Shown here one piece after another: positions 17,348 to 26,533 of a DNA stretch of 30,302 nucleotides. How positions within the stretch are numbered: the first letter of the stretch is position 1; each line of letters starts with the position of its first letter. Under the pieces are notes generated by a model. The model worked only from the letters and a program-made list of their open reading frames with translations, made no database searches and was not told the origin of the DNA. This stretch comes from Armatimonadota bacterium (GTDB taxonomy: Bacteria > Armatimonadota > UBA5829 > DTLH01): the NCBI GenBank assembly GCA_039679675.1, contig JBDKUN010000053.1, forward strand, positions 1 through 30,302. The letters are read 5' to 3'. A program made the position numbers and the translations under genes.

Positions 17348-18730
17348 ATGGACGAGAAAAGCCCGAATAAAAAGCGCGATGCGAGCGCTATCATAACGGA
17401 AGGCAAAATATCGAGCGCGGTGTGGTTCCTGGCGTGGCCTACAATCGCCAACACGCTCATATTGACGGCTTATCAGTTCGTCAACCGGATTTTCCTCGGT
17501 CACATCCCAAACTCAGCGACAGCCCAGGCGGCAATCGGGATCGGGGACAGGGCTCTTATGGTCCAGTTTGCGATTATGGTGAGCCTATCGGTCGGCACAT
17601 CGGCGCTTGTAGCCCGCTCGCTTGGCGCAGGGAACAAAGAGGACGCGGAAGAGGCGACAAGACAATCGCTCATTATGTGCGTCATTGGTTCGGCCCTCCT
17701 GACCGTTCCGATGGTGGTGTGGGCAAGGCCTCTTGTGACTATGATAGGTGCGAAACCCCATGTAGTACCGGTGGCGGCCGCATACACCGCACTTTCCGCC
17801 CTGTTTACCATCCCTTCGTTCATCTGGACCATCGTCACGGCGGCGCTCCGTTCCTCCGGGGATGTAAGAAGCCAGCTCTATGTCGGCGGCCTGATGATCG
17901 CGCTCAACATTTTGCTCGACTGGGTCTTTATATTCGGAGTCGGCCCGGTCCCCGCGCTCGGAGTTCTGGGAGCAGCAATATCGACAGGAATTTCTAGAAT
18001 TTTAGCTTCGGTTCTGATATTATGGGTGCTCGGAAGATCTGTTCTCAGCAAATCGCTCAGGCGCTTGCGGCTGAGTTTCTCGTGGCTCGGCAGGATTTTG
18101 AATATCGGATGGCCTGCGTCCATCCACAACGTTATCTGGACAATTACGGGGATGGCTTTCCTGCGGATTTTGAGCGTCCTTCCGAATGCCACTGAGGCCC
18201 AGGCAGCGCTTACGGTGGGGCTGACTATCGAATCGCTTGCTTACATGCCGGGGATCGCCTACGGGATGGCCGCGACACCGCTTGTAGGGCAGAACCTCGG
18301 CGCGGGTAACACCGAACGGGCGGAGAAGAGCGCGTGGATCGCCACCTGGCAGGCTGTGACTATAATGAGCTTTGTCGCGCTATTATTCCTTGCCATGCCG
18401 AGGGTTTTCGCTAAAGCTTTTACCACAAACCCGGCGGTGGCGGCCTTGATCGTGCTTTATTTGCAGGTAAATGCTTTTGCGCAGCCCGCTCAGGCCATAG
18501 GGTTCGTGCTCCGAGGCGCGCTGCAGGGTGCGGGAGACACGCGGGTGCCTACATGGATCACCCTTTTCTCCATACTGGTGGTAAGAATAGTAATGGCATG
18601 GGTACTTGTGGTCTGGCTTCAGGTCGGAGCAGTCGGCGCGTGGATTTCCATGGCGGTATCCGCAAGCCTGCCTGGGCTTTTGATGGCGCTGTGGTTCAAA
18701 CATGGCAGATGGAAGGCGCTCGAAATCTAG
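17348..18730 (+). CDS. MATE family efflux transporter (paralog 1)
   Basis: 12 TM segments; LAWPT, ARSLGAG, NILLDW.FIFG.GP.PALGV.GAA, GQNLGAG, GAGDT. Confidence 0.95.
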   Translation: MDEKSPNKKRDASAIITEGKISSAVWFLAWPTIANTLILTAYQFVNRIFLGHIPNSATAQAAIGIGDRALMVQFAIMVSLSVGTSALVARSLGAGNKEDAEEATRQSLIMCVIGSALLTVPMVVWARPLVTMIGAKPHVVPVAAAYTALSALFTIPSFIWTIVTAALRSSGDVRSQLYVGGLMIALNILLDWVFIFGVGPVPALGVLGAAISTGISRILASVLILWVLGRSVLSKSLRRLRLSFSWLGRILNIGWPASIHNVIWTITGMAFLRILSVLPNATEAQAALTVGLTIESLAYMPGIAYGMAATPLVGQNLGAGNTERAEKSAWIATWQAVTIMSFVALLFLAMPRVFAKAFTTNPAVAALIVLYLQVNAFAQPAQAIGFVLRGALQGAGDTRVPTWITLFSILVVRIVMAWVLVVWLQVGAVGAWISMAVSASLPGLLMALWFKHGRWKALEI

Positions 18731-18743
18731 CAGTTGTCAGCTA

Positions 18744-18944
18744 TTTGAATCGCGAAATGCGCGAAGAAGCGCAAAAGACGCGCGAAGTATTGTCAAATTC
18801 TCGACACCTATGGTGTCGGCTTCGGTGGCAAGCAAACCGAAGCAAGGTAAAAGGGATTGATGAGACTTGAGAGTCTTATTGTAGATACTTTAAGTCTCCA
18901 CCATTCGTGAAATCCGTTAAATCCGCGTAATTCGCGTTTCAAAA
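18744..18944 (+). mobile_element. MITE-like structured intergenic element, copy 1
   Basis: Imperfect terminal inverted repeats TTTGAATCGCGAAATGCGCG...CGCGTAATTCGCGTTTCAAAA; near-identical inverted copy at 27174-27355. Confidence 0.8.
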
Positions 18945-18967
18945 TAACGGATAGTGGATGCCGATAG

Positions 18968-18999
18968 AAAAGCGGAAGCTGGCGCTTCCGCACTCCAAA
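18968..18999 (-). repeat. GGAG-type REP-like palindrome
   Basis: Minus strand reads TTTGGAGT-GCGGAAGC-gcca-GCTTCCGC-TTTT, a GGAG foot followed by a GC-rich hairpin. Confidence 0.6.
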
Positions 19000-19046
19000 G
19001 AGATTAGTGGAGATTTTATGCTTAGTATCCAGCAGCTTGAGAATCT

Positions 19047-20435
19047 ATGGGTACGGAACTGAATGAATCGCAAACTCGGAGCAAAGCGACCGAGATTATA
19101 ACGTCCGGCAGCATATCAAAGGCTGTATGGTATATTGCGTGGCCCACCATCGTGAACACTGGTGTTCAGACCGCGCATATGAACATCAACCGGCTCTTTC
19201 TCGGCAGGGTTCCAGACAGCGCGGCGGCCATGGCCGGACTTACGGTCGGGAGCAGCGCATCGATGCTCCAGTTTGCCATAGCTACAGGGTTTTCTGTAGG
19301 GGCAGGAGCGCTTGTAGCTAGGTTCCTGGGCGCAAGGGAACACGCTGATGCCAATGAAGCCGCGAGGCAGTCTCTTATACTGGCTGTCCTCTGCGGAATT
19401 CTCACTATGGTCCCGATGATCCTCTTTGCCACTCCGTTCGTGCGGCTGATTGGGGCCAAAGGAGAGGTTGTCACGCTCGGCGCAAGGTATATGGCAATCC
19501 TCGGAGCGTTTTCCATTCCTGTATTCATCCAGATGTCCGTTACATCGGCTTTAAGGAGTGCGGGAGATGTCAGAAGGCCGCTTTACGCGGGGCTCATCGT
19601 TATCGTGCTGAATATCCTCCTGGACTGGCTCCTCATATTCGGTGTCGGCCCGTTTCCGGCGCTTGGGCTTATCGGCGCAGCGATTGCAACGGGGATTTCC
19701 AAGACCGCGGGTATGACGGTCATCCTGATCTTCCTGAAACGCTCCGTTCTCGGCGATTCGCTTTCCCATTTTCGCCCGCACTTCGGGTGGTTTAGACGGA
19801 TCAGCAACATCGGCTGGCCTGCAGCAGTGCAGCAGGTGTTCTGGGCGAGCGGAATGGCTGTATATATGGCAATACTCGGCTGTCTACCGGATGCAAAAGA
19901 TGCGCTCGCTGCTCTCGGAGTCGCGTCTGCCATAGAGACGATCTCGATTATGCCCGGAATCGCGTACAGTATGGCTGCTGTGCCGTTGGTCGGCCAGAAC
20001 CTGGGAGCCAGCCAACCTAAAAGGGCGGAGCACTGCGCATGGATAACTACATGGCAGGCCACGGCCATAATGTCTTTCTGCGGCCTGATATTCCTCCTGG
20101 CATCCAGACCGATAGCGATGCTTTACACCAACGATAGCCATGTAGTAGCCTATATCGCATCTTACCTGGTGATCAACTCTTTCCAGCAGCCGTTTGTAGC
20201 TGTTGGCGCTGTGCTTGCGGGAGCACTCCAGGGGGCGGGGGACACCAAGTTTCCGACACTGGTGGAGTTCATCGCCAACTACCCCATCAGGCTGGGACTT
20301 GCCTGGCTTTTTGCCATCAAGATGGGTCACGGGGTAGCCGGAGCCTGGGTGGGTATGAGCGCAGCAGGCATAATCTGGGGGATTATGATGCTGATCTGGT
20401 TCAGAAAAGGCTATTGGAAGACGCTGAGCATCTAA
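19047..20435 (+). CDS. MATE family efflux transporter (paralog 2)
   Basis: Same motifs as paralog 1 and colinear with it (IAWPT, ARFLGA, NILLDW, GQNLGA, GAGDT). Confidence 0.95.
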   Translation: MGTELNESQTRSKATEIITSGSISKAVWYIAWPTIVNTGVQTAHMNINRLFLGRVPDSAAAMAGLTVGSSASMLQFAIATGFSVGAGALVARFLGAREHADANEAARQSLILAVLCGILTMVPMILFATPFVRLIGAKGEVVTLGARYMAILGAFSIPVFIQMSVTSALRSAGDVRRPLYAGLIVIVLNILLDWLLIFGVGPFPALGLIGAAIATGISKTAGMTVILIFLKRSVLGDSLSHFRPHFGWFRRISNIGWPAAVQQVFWASGMAVYMAILGCLPDAKDALAALGVASAIETISIMPGIAYSMAAVPLVGQNLGASQPKRAEHCAWITTWQATAIMSFCGLIFLLASRPIAMLYTNDSHVVAYIASYLVINSFQQPFVAVGAVLAGALQGAGDTKFPTLVEFIANYPIRLGLAWLFAIKMGHGVAGAWVGMSAAGIIWGIMMLIWFRKGYWKTLSI

Positions 20436-20523
20436 AGAGTTCCGAGCCATCTGACGCGAGGACGGACTTCATTTCATGCGCTGTTTTATACCAGCTTTTA
20501 GCGATAGTTGAAGTCGAATTTCG

Positions 20524-20552
20524 TTGACATGAGGGTATATTCGTGTTAGACT
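20524..20552 (+). promoter_or_regulatory. sigma70 promoter of rimI-tsaD
   Basis: TTGACA-N17-TAGACT with TGn extension. Confidence 0.75.
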
Positions 20553-20576
20553 TCCGGCATATCGACAAAGGCGACG

Positions 20577-21131
20577 ATGATGACACAACTGGTTAAGATC
20601 GAACAGATGCAGCGCGGAGACGTGCAGCGGATAATGGAGATCGAAAAGCAATGCTTTACGACTCCATGGCACGAGAGCGCATACCTGACGGAGTTGGTCA
20701 ACCGTTCCGCATACTATGTCGTCGGGAGAATAGGCGATAAGATCGTCGGCTACTCCGGGATGTGGATCATTATGGATGAAGCCCACATCACTACAATCGG
20801 AGTCGACCCGGAATACCGCGGCAGAAAGATCGGCGAGCAGATACTCATCGCAATGCTTGAAGAAGCGCAGCGCCGGGGAGCAGGCAGAGCCACTCTGGAG
20901 GTCCGCGAAAGCAACGATGTAGCCCAGAACCTCTATCGCAAGTACGGCTTCGTTCCGGCTGCTATCCGCCGGGGCTATTACAGCGATAATAACGAAAACG
21001 CCATAATAATGTGGGTCGATGATATGTTCTCCCGCGATTACCAGGATATGCTGAAAAGGATGAAGCAGAAACTTCTGGACGAAGCCGCCGCTGTGGAACA
21101 GGAAGAAGACGTAGATCAAGTAGCAACATGA
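20577..21131 (+). CDS. rimI: Ribosomal protein S18 alanine N-acetyltransferase
   Basis: IEKQCFTTPW, DEAHITTIGV, TLEVRESN..AQNLY.KYGF, RRGYY.DNNENAIIM. Confidence 0.95.
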   Translation: MMTQLVKIEQMQRGDVQRIMEIEKQCFTTPWHESAYLTELVNRSAYYVVGRIGDKIVGYSGMWIIMDEAHITTIGVDPEYRGRKIGEQILIAMLEEAQRRGAGRATLEVRESNDVAQNLYRKYGFVPAAIRRGYYSDNNENAIIMWVDDMFSRDYQDMLKRMKQKLLDEAAAVEQEEDVDQVAT

Positions 21132-22126
21132 AAATCCTCGGAATAGAAACGAGCTGCGATGAGACAAGCGCAGCGATCATCGAAGACGGCAGAACAGTCC
21201 TCTCGAACGTCGTATCATCTCAGATAGACCTTTTTCAGCGCTTCGGCGGGGTCGTGCCTGAGGTCGCTTCACGCAGGCATGTCGAGCTGATCAACCCCGT
21301 AGTGCAGCAGGCGCTCGATGAAGCGAAAATGGGGTTTAGTGACCTTGAAGCGGTCGCGATAATCAACCGTCCGGGACTCATCCCTGCTCTTATTGTCGGC
21401 GTATCGGCGGCGAAGGCTATTGCCTGGGCTGCAAATCTCCCGCTTGTCGGCGTTCACCACCTCGAAGCGCATATCTATGCCAATTTTCTGGTAAATCCGG
21501 ACATCGAGTTTCCCGTGGTCTGCCTCATCGTCTCCGGCGGACACTCCGACATAGTCTACATGAGCGGCCATGGGCAGTATGAGATGCTTGCCAGGACGAG
21601 AGACGATGCCGCAGGCGAGGCGTTCGACAAGTCCGCGCGAGCTATGGGGCTCGGCTACCCCGGCGGGCCGCTGATCGACAAGCTTTCCGAGGAAGGAAAC
21701 CCGAAAGCAGTCCGGTTCCCCCGCGCAAGGGTCGGTGACTCGCTCGACTTCAGCTTTTCCGGCCTGAAAACTGCCGTAATCCGCTATCTTCAGAAGCAGG
21801 AAGAAGGGGTAACGCTGCAGGATGTCGCCGCGAGCTTCCAGCAGGCCGTGATCGACGTGCTCGTCAAGAACACCTTCGAGGCCGCAAAGCAGAAAAATGT
21901 GAAAAGGGTGCTGGTCGCCGGAGGAGTAGCTGCAAACAAAGGGCTCCAGAAGCAGATGAAGGAACGCGGCGAAGAACTGGGCATATTAGTGAGCGCCCCG
22001 CTGCCCAAGCTCTGCACGGACAACGCCGCTATGGCCGCAACTGCGGGCTACTACAGGTATATGATGGGCGAAAGGTCGGGCCTCGACCTCGATTCCTATG
22101 CATCCGAACCGCTGGCGAAGAGGTAG
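21128..22126 (+). CDS. tsaD: tRNA N6-adenosine threonylcarbamoyltransferase
   Basis: LGIETSCDETS, GGVVPEVASRRH, HHLEAH, VSGGH, DDAAGEAFDK, FSFSGLKT, TDNAAM; ATGA overlap with rimI. Confidence 0.98.
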   Translation: MKILGIETSCDETSAAIIEDGRTVLSNVVSSQIDLFQRFGGVVPEVASRRHVELINPVVQQALDEAKMGFSDLEAVAIINRPGLIPALIVGVSAAKAIAWAANLPLVGVHHLEAHIYANFLVNPDIEFPVVCLIVSGGHSDIVYMSGHGQYEMLARTRDDAAGEAFDKSARAMGLGYPGGPLIDKLSEEGNPKAVRFPRARVGDSLDFSFSGLKTAVIRYLQKQEEGVTLQDVAASFQQAVIDVLVKNTFEAAKQKNVKRVLVAGGVAANKGLQKQMKERGEELGILVSAPLPKLCTDNAAMAATAGYYRYMMGERSGLDLDSYASEPLAKR

Positions 22127-22134
22127 CTGTCAGG

Positions 22135-22378
22135 TTTTTGAATCGCGAAATGCGCGAAGAAGCGCGAAAGACGCGAAAAAAGATTGGCGGAGATTTGCAC
22201 GATCTGCCGCCTGTTGCATCGGACTGCTTGCTGCCGATGCCGAGCCGATAGGCTCGAACAGTAACGTTTATGCTGTGTCGGGAATGGCAAATCTAGGATA
22301 ATTGTGCAATATGCACAGAACCAATTCCCGCAGCAACGAAAAATTGTCGAATGTCGTGCTTCTCTCCGCAGTTCAGAA
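22135..22378 (-). mobile_element. Diverged copy 3 of the MITE-like structured element
   Basis: 38/39 match to the copy 1 left arm at 22137-22175; twin-hairpin core at 22215-22257 with compensatory changes; degenerate arm near 22350-22378. Confidence 0.7.
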
Positions 22379-22386
22379 GCTGTTAC

Positions 22387-24234
22387 CTACCCCGTTGTCG
22401 GCCGCTTGAACTTGCGGTCGAGCTCCCAGTTGGTGAGAGAGATGATTATCGGTCTTCCGTGCGGGCAGACGAACGGGTTTTCAGACGCAATCAATTCCCG
22501 GATCAGGTCGTCCATTTCCGGCATCGTGAGCGGGTCTCCGGCTTTTATCGCCATCTTGCAGGCCGTGGTGATAAGCACCTGTTCGGGGCGGACAAGCAGA
22601 TGCCGGGTCACGGAGAGGTCGACAAGCTCCGCTATGACATCGCGGAGGAGCTGTTCTGCGTCCTTTGCCTTCACACCCGCCGGGACAGCACGCACGACGA
22701 ACGCATCGCGGCCGAATACTTCTATGTCGAACCCGATTTCCCTCAAATTATCCAGTTTCTCGCCTACAACTAGTCCTTCGCGTCGGGAGAGTTCCAGCGT
22801 AATAGGGATCACGAGCCCCTGCATAGCGGTCTGCGCCGCTCCACGGGTCTTTTTGAGCTGCTCGAAAAGCACCCGCTCGTGCGCAACGTGCTGATCTATC
22901 ACCAGCACACCGTCTTCGCACTCGGCAAGGATGTACATATTCCGCGCCTGGCCGATAACCTTCGCATTCCTCAACCTTACAGGTGTCGGAGCCTCGACTT
23001 CGGGCGGAGGCGCAATAGGACGCGGCTCGCGGTTCCAGTCGAACGGATCGCCTTGAGCCGGAATTCTTGTCTCGATCTCGCTTCTTCGGAGCACTTCCTC
23101 TCGGAACGCGGCGACATCCGCTTCATCAGGCGGGATGAGCGTGCCTTGGTGCGGCACGTCGTTTCTGTTCGTCACGTTCGCCTTTCGGTAGGCCACCCGC
23201 ACTTCGTTCACGGTCGGAATCGCTCCGCCGGACATCAGCGCGTCTCGGATTGCCTTGTGCACCGCGCTGTGGACCTCATGGTCGCTCGAAAACTTTACTT
23301 CGGCTTTGTTCGGATGCACGTTCACATCCACCATCTCCGGGTCCATATCGACGAAGATGATGAGTACCGGAAACCGTCCATGCTGGACGATCAGGTCGCG
23401 GTAGGCCTGGTCTGCCGCATGGGTGAGCGTCCGGCTTTTGATGCACCGGCGGTTTACGAAAAACACCTGGTGCCCACGGTTCGCACGGGTGAAAGCGGGA
23501 TTGGACACATATCCCCAGACCTTCATAGTCGGCAGATCCAGGTCTATCGGGACAAGCTGCTTTGCCGCGTCCCTGCCCAGGATGGAAGCCGCCGCCGCAA
23601 TGACATCGCCGGTGCCTGTGACGGATATGATCTCCCTCTCGCCATGTGTCAGCTTGAAGCTGATGTTCGGATAGGCGAGCGCAAACCTGCCGGTCAGTTC
23701 TGTTATGTAGGAAATTTCCGTCTGAGCGGTCCGCAGGAACTTGAGTCTCGCGGGAGTGTTGAAGAAAAGCTTTTTTACCGAGATCGTGGTGCCTTCAGGT
23801 GCGCCGACGGACTCCAGGTTCGTGATGGTGCCTGCCTCTATAGTGAGCTTTGCTGCTGCAGGCTCCGTCTCATGCTTTGTGACGATCTCCATAAAGGATA
23901 CGGATGCAATCGACGGCAGCGCTTCCCCTCTGAATCCGAGCGTATGGATGGCGAAAAGGTCGTCCGCGCTCCTGATCTTTGATGTGGCGTGCCTTTGGAG
24001 CGAGATAACCGCGTCATCGCGCCCCATACCTGACCCGTTGTCGCTGACCTTGATCAGTTCCTTGCCGCCGTCTTCTATGGCGATTCTTATCTGGGTTGCG
24101 CCAGCGTCGATAGCGTTTTCGACCAACTCCTTGACCACGGAAGCGGGGCGTTCGATCACCTCACCTGCCGCTATCCGGTTGGCGGTATGCTCATCCAGCA
24201 CGATTATGTTGTGGTTTATTGCTTTTTCAGACAT
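22387..24234 (-). CDS. mutL: DNA mismatch repair endonuclease MutL
   Basis: IAAGEVIERPASVVKELVENAIDAGA, RHATSKI, GFRGEAL, DVNVHP.K; endonuclease motifs DQHVAHER, ACK and CPHGRP. Confidence 0.98.
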   Translation of the reverse strand: MSEKAINHNIIVLDEHTANRIAAGEVIERPASVVKELVENAIDAGATQIRIAIEDGGKELIKVSDNGSGMGRDDAVISLQRHATSKIRSADDLFAIHTLGFRGEALPSIASVSFMEIVTKHETEPAAAKLTIEAGTITNLESVGAPEGTTISVKKLFFNTPARLKFLRTAQTEISYITELTGRFALAYPNISFKLTHGEREIISVTGTGDVIAAAASILGRDAAKQLVPIDLDLPTMKVWGYVSNPAFTRANRGHQVFFVNRRCIKSRTLTHAADQAYRDLIVQHGRFPVLIIFVDMDPEMVDVNVHPNKAEVKFSSDHEVHSAVHKAIRDALMSGGAIPTVNEVRVAYRKANVTNRNDVPHQGTLIPPDEADVAAFREEVLRRSEIETRIPAQGDPFDWNREPRPIAPPPEVEAPTPVRLRNAKVIGQARNMYILAECEDGVLVIDQHVAHERVLFEQLKKTRGAAQTAMQGLVIPITLELSRREGLVVGEKLDNLREIGFDIEVFGRDAFVVRAVPAGVKAKDAEQLLRDVIAELVDLSVTRHLLVRPEQVLITTACKMAIKAGDPLTMPEMDDLIRELIASENPFVCPHGRPIIISLTNWELDRKFKRPTTG

Positions 24235-24447
24235 ACAAAAACAAGGAGAAAGCATGCCGCGACCTTCTCCTCAATTCACCTGTCGTAATTGTATCACGAC
24301 TCAGAATCGAAGCCAACTCCAAAAACGGCTGCCGGAGTAAATGCTAACATTGAGAACGCTCGTTTAGTATAGCAAGCAGGAGGGTATTTTGCATTCGTGG
24401 CAGCCGTGCATTCAGCTTCACACAATAAGCGGAGGAGGGTCCAGGAG

Positions 24448-25284
24448 ATGCAAATAAACTATAAGGTGCTTCCGGTTTTGATCCTGATTATGCTGGTTTG
24501 TGGAGGTGCTCTCGCAAGCAGTGAAGACGATCAATTGTCAGGGCTGATCACCGGCAGAACCGGTGAGCTGCTGGAGATCAGGCTCACCCAGCCGGTGAAA
24601 GAGGGGACTGTTTTTCAAGTAAAGTCGATTTTGAGCGAGCCGCCGATAGCCGAAGCGAAGGTAGTAAGCTGCACGAAGGAATGGCCATACATCGCGCTCG
24701 CTAAAGTTGAAACGGCGGACCTCTCGACGGTGGTTCCGATAGGGGCTAAAGCGTTTGCTGATGTCAATTCGGTAGAAGGCCCCAGCGCCCCAAAGCCTAT
24801 GAGGGCTAAATCTTATTCGGCCGGCGGCCAGCGGTTCTCCATGCAGATCGGGTCATTCTATCCGCGCCTTCCTATCCTGAGAGATACCGTCACGGATTTC
24901 TGGCAGGCCTACAGGTTCAATTATTCATTTATGCGGCTGGCAGATTTCGACATGATGCTCTCCGCCGAGTATACGAAAGGCTCGGGTGATTTCGAATCGA
25001 CCACAAGGAGCATGGAACTGATCCCTGTTACAATGCTTGGCCGGTTCAGAGTAGCCCGTGCCGGTAGTCTCAACCTCGTTTTGGGCGCTGGAGCCGGAAT
25101 GTGCTTTATAAAGACGGAAGAAAGCACGGACGGAGTGCAGACCTCGGACAGCATTCATAAATTTGCGCGGGAACTGGCCGCCAGCCTGGAATCACGGAAG
25201 GGCTGGAGCCTTGATCTACGCTATAGAGACGTGCCGGACACGAACGTTCAGGGCTGGTCACTCGGAATGGGAGCGAGGTTTTAG
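24448..25284 (+). CDS. Exported protein with C-terminal outer-membrane beta-barrel
   Basis: Signal peptide; alternating amphipathic strands; C-terminal GWSLGMGARF; AGGAG SD-like sequence upstream of ATG 24448. Confidence 0.75.
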   Translation: MQINYKVLPVLILIMLVCGGALASSEDDQLSGLITGRTGELLEIRLTQPVKEGTVFQVKSILSEPPIAEAKVVSCTKEWPYIALAKVETADLSTVVPIGAKAFADVNSVEGPSAPKPMRAKSYSAGGQRFSMQIGSFYPRLPILRDTVTDFWQAYRFNYSFMRLADFDMMLSAEYTKGSGDFESTTRSMELIPVTMLGRFRVARAGSLNLVLGAGAGMCFIKTEESTDGVQTSDSIHKFARELAASLESRKGWSLDLRYRDVPDTNVQGWSLGMGARF

Positions 25285-25308
25285 GAAGAGCAATCAGCTT
25301 TCAGCTCT

Positions 25309-25343
25309 TGAAACTATCGCAAATTACGCGATATAACGGATTA
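25309..25343 (-). repeat. Isolated degenerate 3' arm of the repeat family
   Basis: TTGAAACtatcGCaAATTACGCGATaTAACGGATT aligns with the reverse complement of the copy 1 3' arm (TTGAAACGCGAATTACGCGGATTTAACGGATT). Confidence 0.65.
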
Positions 25344-25393
25344 TCGTTGTGCTGGGACACCTTGTCCCGATACCGGCCTAACTACGGAGGGTA

Positions 25394-25419
25394 GAGGCTG
25401 CCCCTTTTGAGACAGCCTC
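25394..25419. terminator. Hairpin between convergent genes (possible terminator or IS-end relic)
   Basis: GAGGCTG-ccccttttgaga-CAGCCTC; no strong U tract. Confidence 0.35.
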
Positions 25420-25451
25420 ATTATAATCTTCTATGATCTTGTCTTTGATGA

Positions 25452-26393
25452 CTAGAGCTTTGTATAGCTGAATGTTATCGTCGGGGAAAGCGGTGTAAAT
25501 TCCGCAGGTCCCATTTCAATTACTTCGTGCTCGTTGCCGTCTCCGCCAAGTGTCTTATCTATGGCTGGCTTGAACATACCATCCGCAGTCACATCGTCCC
25601 ACATGAAAATACCGGTTGAGTTAGGCTCTTCCGGGCTCTTGGTTATGTTGAGATTTATCGAGACCTTATATTTTCCCGTCGGGTTTGCCGGAATTATGAG
25701 AGGTGTTGCGAGAGTTGACGTAAAGACATATGGGTCAGGTGTTTCGTCACTGGCAAGGTAGTTATGCTGCGTTAAGGTACCTGTGACTTCGTCTCCCGGC
25801 CGGTTTCCAGAGATCGGGAAGTAATGTCCGCCTTTTATCCAGTTAAAAGTGTTGTTCAGATAAACAAGGCAGTCTCCGTCCTGGATTTTGCCACTGGTGG
25901 TGCTGTAGACTCTGAACTTGAGAGGCTGTGAGCCGCTTCCCAGATCAGCATTTATAGTCAGCTCCTGGTAAATCAGAGTGAATCTGCAATAAGAGTAGGT
26001 ACCGGCTGCCGGATAGCTCTCATTCTCTCCCAGAGATTCGCTCACACCCGTGTCGGTCAGCGTAATGGTTTTGGGATTGTCTACGCTGTTCGTGTCGAAG
26101 ATAACATAAGGGGTAGTATCATTTTCGCTCTTGAGAAGCTCCATTTTAGATATTCCTACCGAATATGTCGAAGGCACCTCGAAAGCGTTCGGGTAGTTGG
26201 GGTTTAGGTCATTTGCCCATGCGCTTCTCGAAACAGCGTGTCTATCGCCGACCAGTGTTCCGACAGCTTCGACACCAGTGGCTGATGACGTCGTTGAGCT
26301 TCCTCCTCCACCGCCACATCCGCTGATGAGCACCAACGATAATGATGTGAGGATACAGACGAGTAGCACGGCGATTTTATTTCTTCGTAACAT
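25452..26393 (-). CDS. Lipoprotein of unknown function
   Basis: Basic N-terminus, hydrophobic core, lipobox ISGC, then a GGGGGSSTTSS linker; AGGAGG SD. Confidence 0.85.
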   Translation of the reverse strand: MLRRNKIAVLLVCILTSLSLVLISGCGGGGGSSTTSSATGVEAVGTLVGDRHAVSRSAWANDLNPNYPNAFEVPSTYSVGISKMELLKSENDTTPYVIFDTNSVDNPKTITLTDTGVSESLGENESYPAAGTYSYCRFTLIYQELTINADLGSGSQPLKFRVYSTTSGKIQDGDCLVYLNNTFNWIKGGHYFPISGNRPGDEVTGTLTQHNYLASDETPDPYVFTSTLATPLIIPANPTGKYKVSINLNITKSPEEPNSTGIFMWDDVTADGMFKPAIDKTLGGDGNEHEVIEMGPAEFTPLSPTITFSYTKL

Positions 26394-26533
26394 CCCTTTT
26401 AGTTCCTCCTGAATACTGCTTGCTAGAATATCGGCAACCAGGCAAAAATACCGGGTTCGCCTTTATATGATGCTTTTGCCACACTGTACCCGAATGTATC
26501 TATGATTTTGCGTTCTGTTATAGGGAATTTATT

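Noticed and set aside
18744..18790. Short-period GCGCGAA repeats as a CRISPR array
   Set aside because: No regular repeat-spacer periodicity and no cas genes
18940..18967. sigma28-like promoter (AAAA-N15-GCCGATAG); similar -10 at 26429-26436
   Set aside because: -35 matches are poor and there is no flagellar context
22879..23982. 367-aa ORF antisense to mutL (also 12204-13145 and 27725-28444 antisense to other genes)
   Set aside because: Fully overlap well-supported genes on the opposite strand; no recognisable domains
25394..25419. IS terminal repeat relic
   Set aside because: No transposase fragment or partner end found; kept only as a low-confidence hairpin
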